DNA from: Bryobacterales bacterium
Lineage (GTDB): Bacteria; Acidobacteriota; Terriglobia; Bryobacterales; UBA6623
Reading direction: 5' to 3'
NCBI GenBank assembly: GCA_963422375.2
Contig: CAXXKD010000001.1
Span: 128,001-192,000, forward strand
Length of the DNA stretch: 64,000 nt
Made by a program: the position numbers and the translations under genes. This document shows, piece by piece, positions 60,700-64,000 of the stretch (its first letter is position 1; every line of letters begins with the position of its first letter). The notes under the pieces are model-generated. The model was not told the DNA's origin, made no database searches, and worked only from the letters and a program-made list of their open reading frames with translations.

Positions 60700-62088
60700 G
60701 GCACAGCTTGGCTTGAACGCCGACGAGGCGATTCGGGCGGGACGGGCGTGCGCCCGCCGGCCATGCCTGCATCGCTTCGAATGACGATAGTGCCGTTGAA
60801 CAGGCGAGAGTCGTTGGCGGAATTCTAATGCTCGTGCGGGCAAGAGAGACGATCAATCTCGAGGACTCTTGGACTTCGGCGGGTCTTGCTGAAAGCATAT
60901 GCAGCATTCCTCGCGATTTGCGAGTCCAATCTTGATCAAGTTTGAAACCGACCTAAGGAATGGGGCCTTCCGACAGCTTCAGTTGACAAGACCTTGGACT
61001 GCAAGACTACTGTACTACTGTCGGATTCTCAGTACGGTCACCAGTCCGGAGCACCTCCGTTTCAGTGGACATTCGGTGTGAATCACGCCTGTGCCGAGGT
61101 TGTGAAACTACGGCCCGCTGGGAATCACAGATTCAAGATCGTGATGAGTGGGACGGTAAGCGTCGATTCCCTGGGCCCGAGCGTTCGGATCTCTTGAAAT
61201 CGCAACCAAGTCCACCAGGTCTGATGCTAACCGCACAACGATTGATTGGAGAGGATGGCGGTTCGACGCGAAAGAGGGGCCAAGGGGCTCTGACTCTGTC
61301 GCGACGGTGCACGTCTGGCTGCTTGACGAGACTCGGAATTCCGTACATCAAAGGATTGGTCAAATACGGTCGTCCCGGCGTGAGGCCGTGGGATTCTCCG
61401 CAAGGCCTTTCGATTCAGGCACTTGAGGCGGTGCCCTGACGCGAGTCGGCGGACGGCGGACCGAGGGGCCCGGCTAGCGAAGCCGCCGCCCGCCCGCAGG
61501 GGCCTTGCCGAGCAACACCCCTGCCCGAGGGGGCAACGGCGGTCGGACCTGACATCGGGACGAGGGGGCGGCGGTCAGTCAGGGTCCGGCGCGAGACGCG
61601 GCTCGCGACGCAGGATCCCCGTCCCGCTGCGTGTCGCGAGGGCGTGGCGGGCGGCCCCTAGCCGGCGCCTTGGCGGACCCTCCCGCGCGACGGCCGCCGG
61701 CGCTGCCGTGCGCGACCTCGGGCAGGCCCGGGGCACGGCCGGCGCTGCCTCGGCCCGGCGAGCGGGTCGGCCGGCGCTGGCCGGGACCTCCCGGAAGGTG
61801 TAGGGCACCGGCTCCGGCCGCGGTCCCGAGGCGCATTTCGAGAATTTTATATCAGATCATTATTGCATTGATATTGGATCTATTTGGAATGAAATAGATT
61901 TTCCAATTATTTCCATTATTTTTTTCTATACGCCCATTCAACTCCGAAGTGCGACACACGGGTAAGGGGCGGTGGGCTAGGATACTAGGACCACAGTAGC
62001 AGATCCAGCGGCGCCGGACAAGCCGCTGCCGGGCCGAAGCGGGGGGCCGCGTCCCGGGCAGGCGGGAATGCGTGTCCCGTTTCCGGAA

Positions 62089-63116
62089 GGGAATTATATA
62101 TCTGAGTGCCGAGGCAACCGATTTTGCAAATTATCAGTCCATAAATTAATTTCATATTTCTTCCGGAGATCTGTTGACAGTCGGTGGAGTATATTGATAG
62201 AATAGTTCCAATATATGAGGTCGTCTATGAAGCAGAAAGGTCCCGGGAAGTGATTTCGTAAAGGCATCACTCTGATTGAAGTGATCGCCATGTTCCGCGA
62301 TGACGAATCCGCGGAAAAGTGGTTCGCCTCCATGCGCTGGCCGGACGGTCCGGCATGCCCCCACTGCCGCGGCTCCAGCGTGCAGTCCGGCGCGGCCCAC
62401 CCTTCGATGCCGTACCGTTGCCGCGGCTGCGGCAAGCGCTTTTCCGTGCGCACCGGCAGCGTGATGGCCGACACTAAGCTCGGCTACCGCACCCGGGCCG
62501 TCGCCCTGTTCCTGCTGACCACTGGCATCAAGGGTGTCTCGAGCATGAAGCTGCACCGCGACCTAGGCATCAGCCAGAAGTCGGCCTGGCACCTGGCGCA
62601 CCGCATCCGCGCGTGCCGGGAGCGCGGGACCGCGCCACGAACGCAGTGGCCGCGCGGCCGCTGCCGGGCACCGCCAAGGGCGACCTGCAGGGCTTCGTGC
62701 GCGGCCGGGTCGCGCCGCGGGCGCAGCTCTACTCCGACGAGGCGGCGGCCTACGCCGGCATGGCGGAGTTCGTGGGACGGTGCAACGACCGCGACTGCGA
62801 CACGGCGGAACAGATGCGGCGCATGGCGCGGGGCCTGGTCGGCCGGACGCTGACCTACCGGCAGCTGACCGGCAAGGCCGCAGTCGCGGCCCGAGCGGCG
62901 CCCTCCGAGCCGAGCGCCGGGGATCCGCTGTCTTCGGCCCTCGGAGGGCACGCAAGCGGCTTGCAAGGGGTGCCCTCCACCGCCAACCGGATTCCACCGG
63001 GCATGCGAGGGGGCCTCTCTAATCCGTGCCTCGTCAATTCCGCTGGCAGGCTCGATTCAGATACGATCCCACCTTGCTGTGCCTACCGCGGCCGCATTCG
63101 AATGACCCGAGCCAGA
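62089..63116 (+). mobile_element. IS1595-family element, copy 4 (nonsense mutation, three internal deletions, right TIR lost)
   Basis: Left TIR at 62089; ATG at 62227, TGA at 62251; the DETY and NGIES segments are deleted. Confidence 0.9.
62174..62203 (+). promoter_or_regulatory. Sigma70-like transposase promoter in the IS1595 left end
   Basis: TTGACA-N18-TAGAAT; homologous TTGATA-N18-TAGAAT at 35155-35184. Confidence 0.6.
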
Positions 63117-63194
63117 CCCGGAGGGTCGAATCCGCGCCTGTCCGGGCGCAGCTCCCCCGCGCCCCTGTCCCCGCGGCGGGCTGCCAGCCCTGCC

Positions 63195-64000
63195 TCAGCC
63201 CCGCGGCACCCGCTCCCGCGCCGCCGGGAAGACTTCCTCCGGCGTGCGCCCGCCCGGCACCTTCCGCGGACGCCGGTTCAGGCGGTCCCGCGCCTCCCGC
63301 ATCCGGGCCGGGTCCACCCGCCGCAGGTCCGTCCCCTGCGGGAAGTACTGCCGCGGCAGCCCGTTGGCATGCTCGTTCAGCCCGCGCTCCCAGGAGTGGC
63401 AGGGCCGCGCGAAGTAGAAGCCCGCCCCCAGCCGCTGCGCCACCTCCCGGTGCCTCCCGGTGCCCCGCGAACTCCTTGCCGCGAACTCCTTGCCGTTGTC
63501 GGCCGTGATCGTGCGCGTCACGGCCCCGCTCCCTGCGAGCATGGCCGTCATCGCCGCCCCGACCAGCTGCGCCGTGCGCCGGCTAACCGGCTGCACTAGC
63601 AGGTACTTGGAGAACCGGTCCACCAGCGTCACCAGCGTCCCGCGGCGCGGCCCGCCGATCACGGTGTCGGCCTCCCGGTCGCCGACGCGCGCCTGCGCTT
63701 GCGCCTCCGCCGGGCGCTCCGCGATGTCCGCGCGCCCCGGGATCAGGCCGCGGCCCGCCGTCCGGCCGACCCGCCGGACGCGCTTGCGGCCGCCCTGCCT
63801 CAGGTGCCGGTACAGCCGGCCCCCCTGCCGCCGGTCCGCGCGCACCAGCTGGTAGATCCGTTCAGGGCTGATCTCCAGCGCCCCTTCCCGCTTCAGCCGC
63901 GCCGCGACCTGCTCCGGGCTCCAGTCCTGCCGCAGGCAGTCCTCGATCCGCGCCCGCAGCGCCGACGTCAGCTGGCGCCGCCGCCGCTCCGCGCGCTCCC
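63195..64000 (-). mobile_element. IS30-family transposase, 5' partial, probably degenerate
   Basis: WSPEQVA, IAERP, GD(R)EADTV, TITADNGKEFA, SWERGLNEHANG, LNRRPRK motifs; 10-bp and 14-bp internal duplications. Confidence 0.9.

Noticed and set aside
60700..61420. Short ORFs in a lower-GC stretch
   Set aside because: No motifs or consistent codon bias; left unannotated.

Overview
GC-rich (about 70% in core genes) bacterial chromosome segment. The gene content (carboxypeptidase-regulatory-domain TonB-dependent receptors, planctomycete-type cytochrome/WD40/DUF1592 proteins, PVC-type CxxCH protein) suggests Acidobacteriota, probably Bryobacterales-like; this is an inference. Positions 1-23.4 kb and 49.8-59.1 kb are ordinary housekeeping/metabolic genes (xth, recX, anmK, pyc, ctaA-like, glcD-like, M28 peptidase, ferredoxin). 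Positions 23.6-49.4 kb form an accessory island with three intact TonB-dependent receptors (TBDTs), two TBDT remnants, a Tat-exported agarase-like hydrolase, a single-chain Type IIG-like restriction-modification gene and nested IS1595/IS5/IS481 elements. Positions 59.1-64 kb hold a decayed arylsulfate sulfotransferase, another IS1595 copy and an IS30. The most notable signals are: (i) a TBDT whose barrel-coding segment has a sharply different base composition between two conserved motifs, next to a paralogous 3' fragment (possible barrel swapping); (ii) a four-copy IS1595 with a ~420-nt non-coding right end carrying a conserved hairpin; (iii) a recurrent directional T>C (A>G) substitution pattern, short tandem duplications and microhomology deletions in unselected DNA; (iv) a 265-bp TIR-bounded module with tandem NrdR-box-like sites. 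No CRISPR array, tRNA or rRNA was seen.
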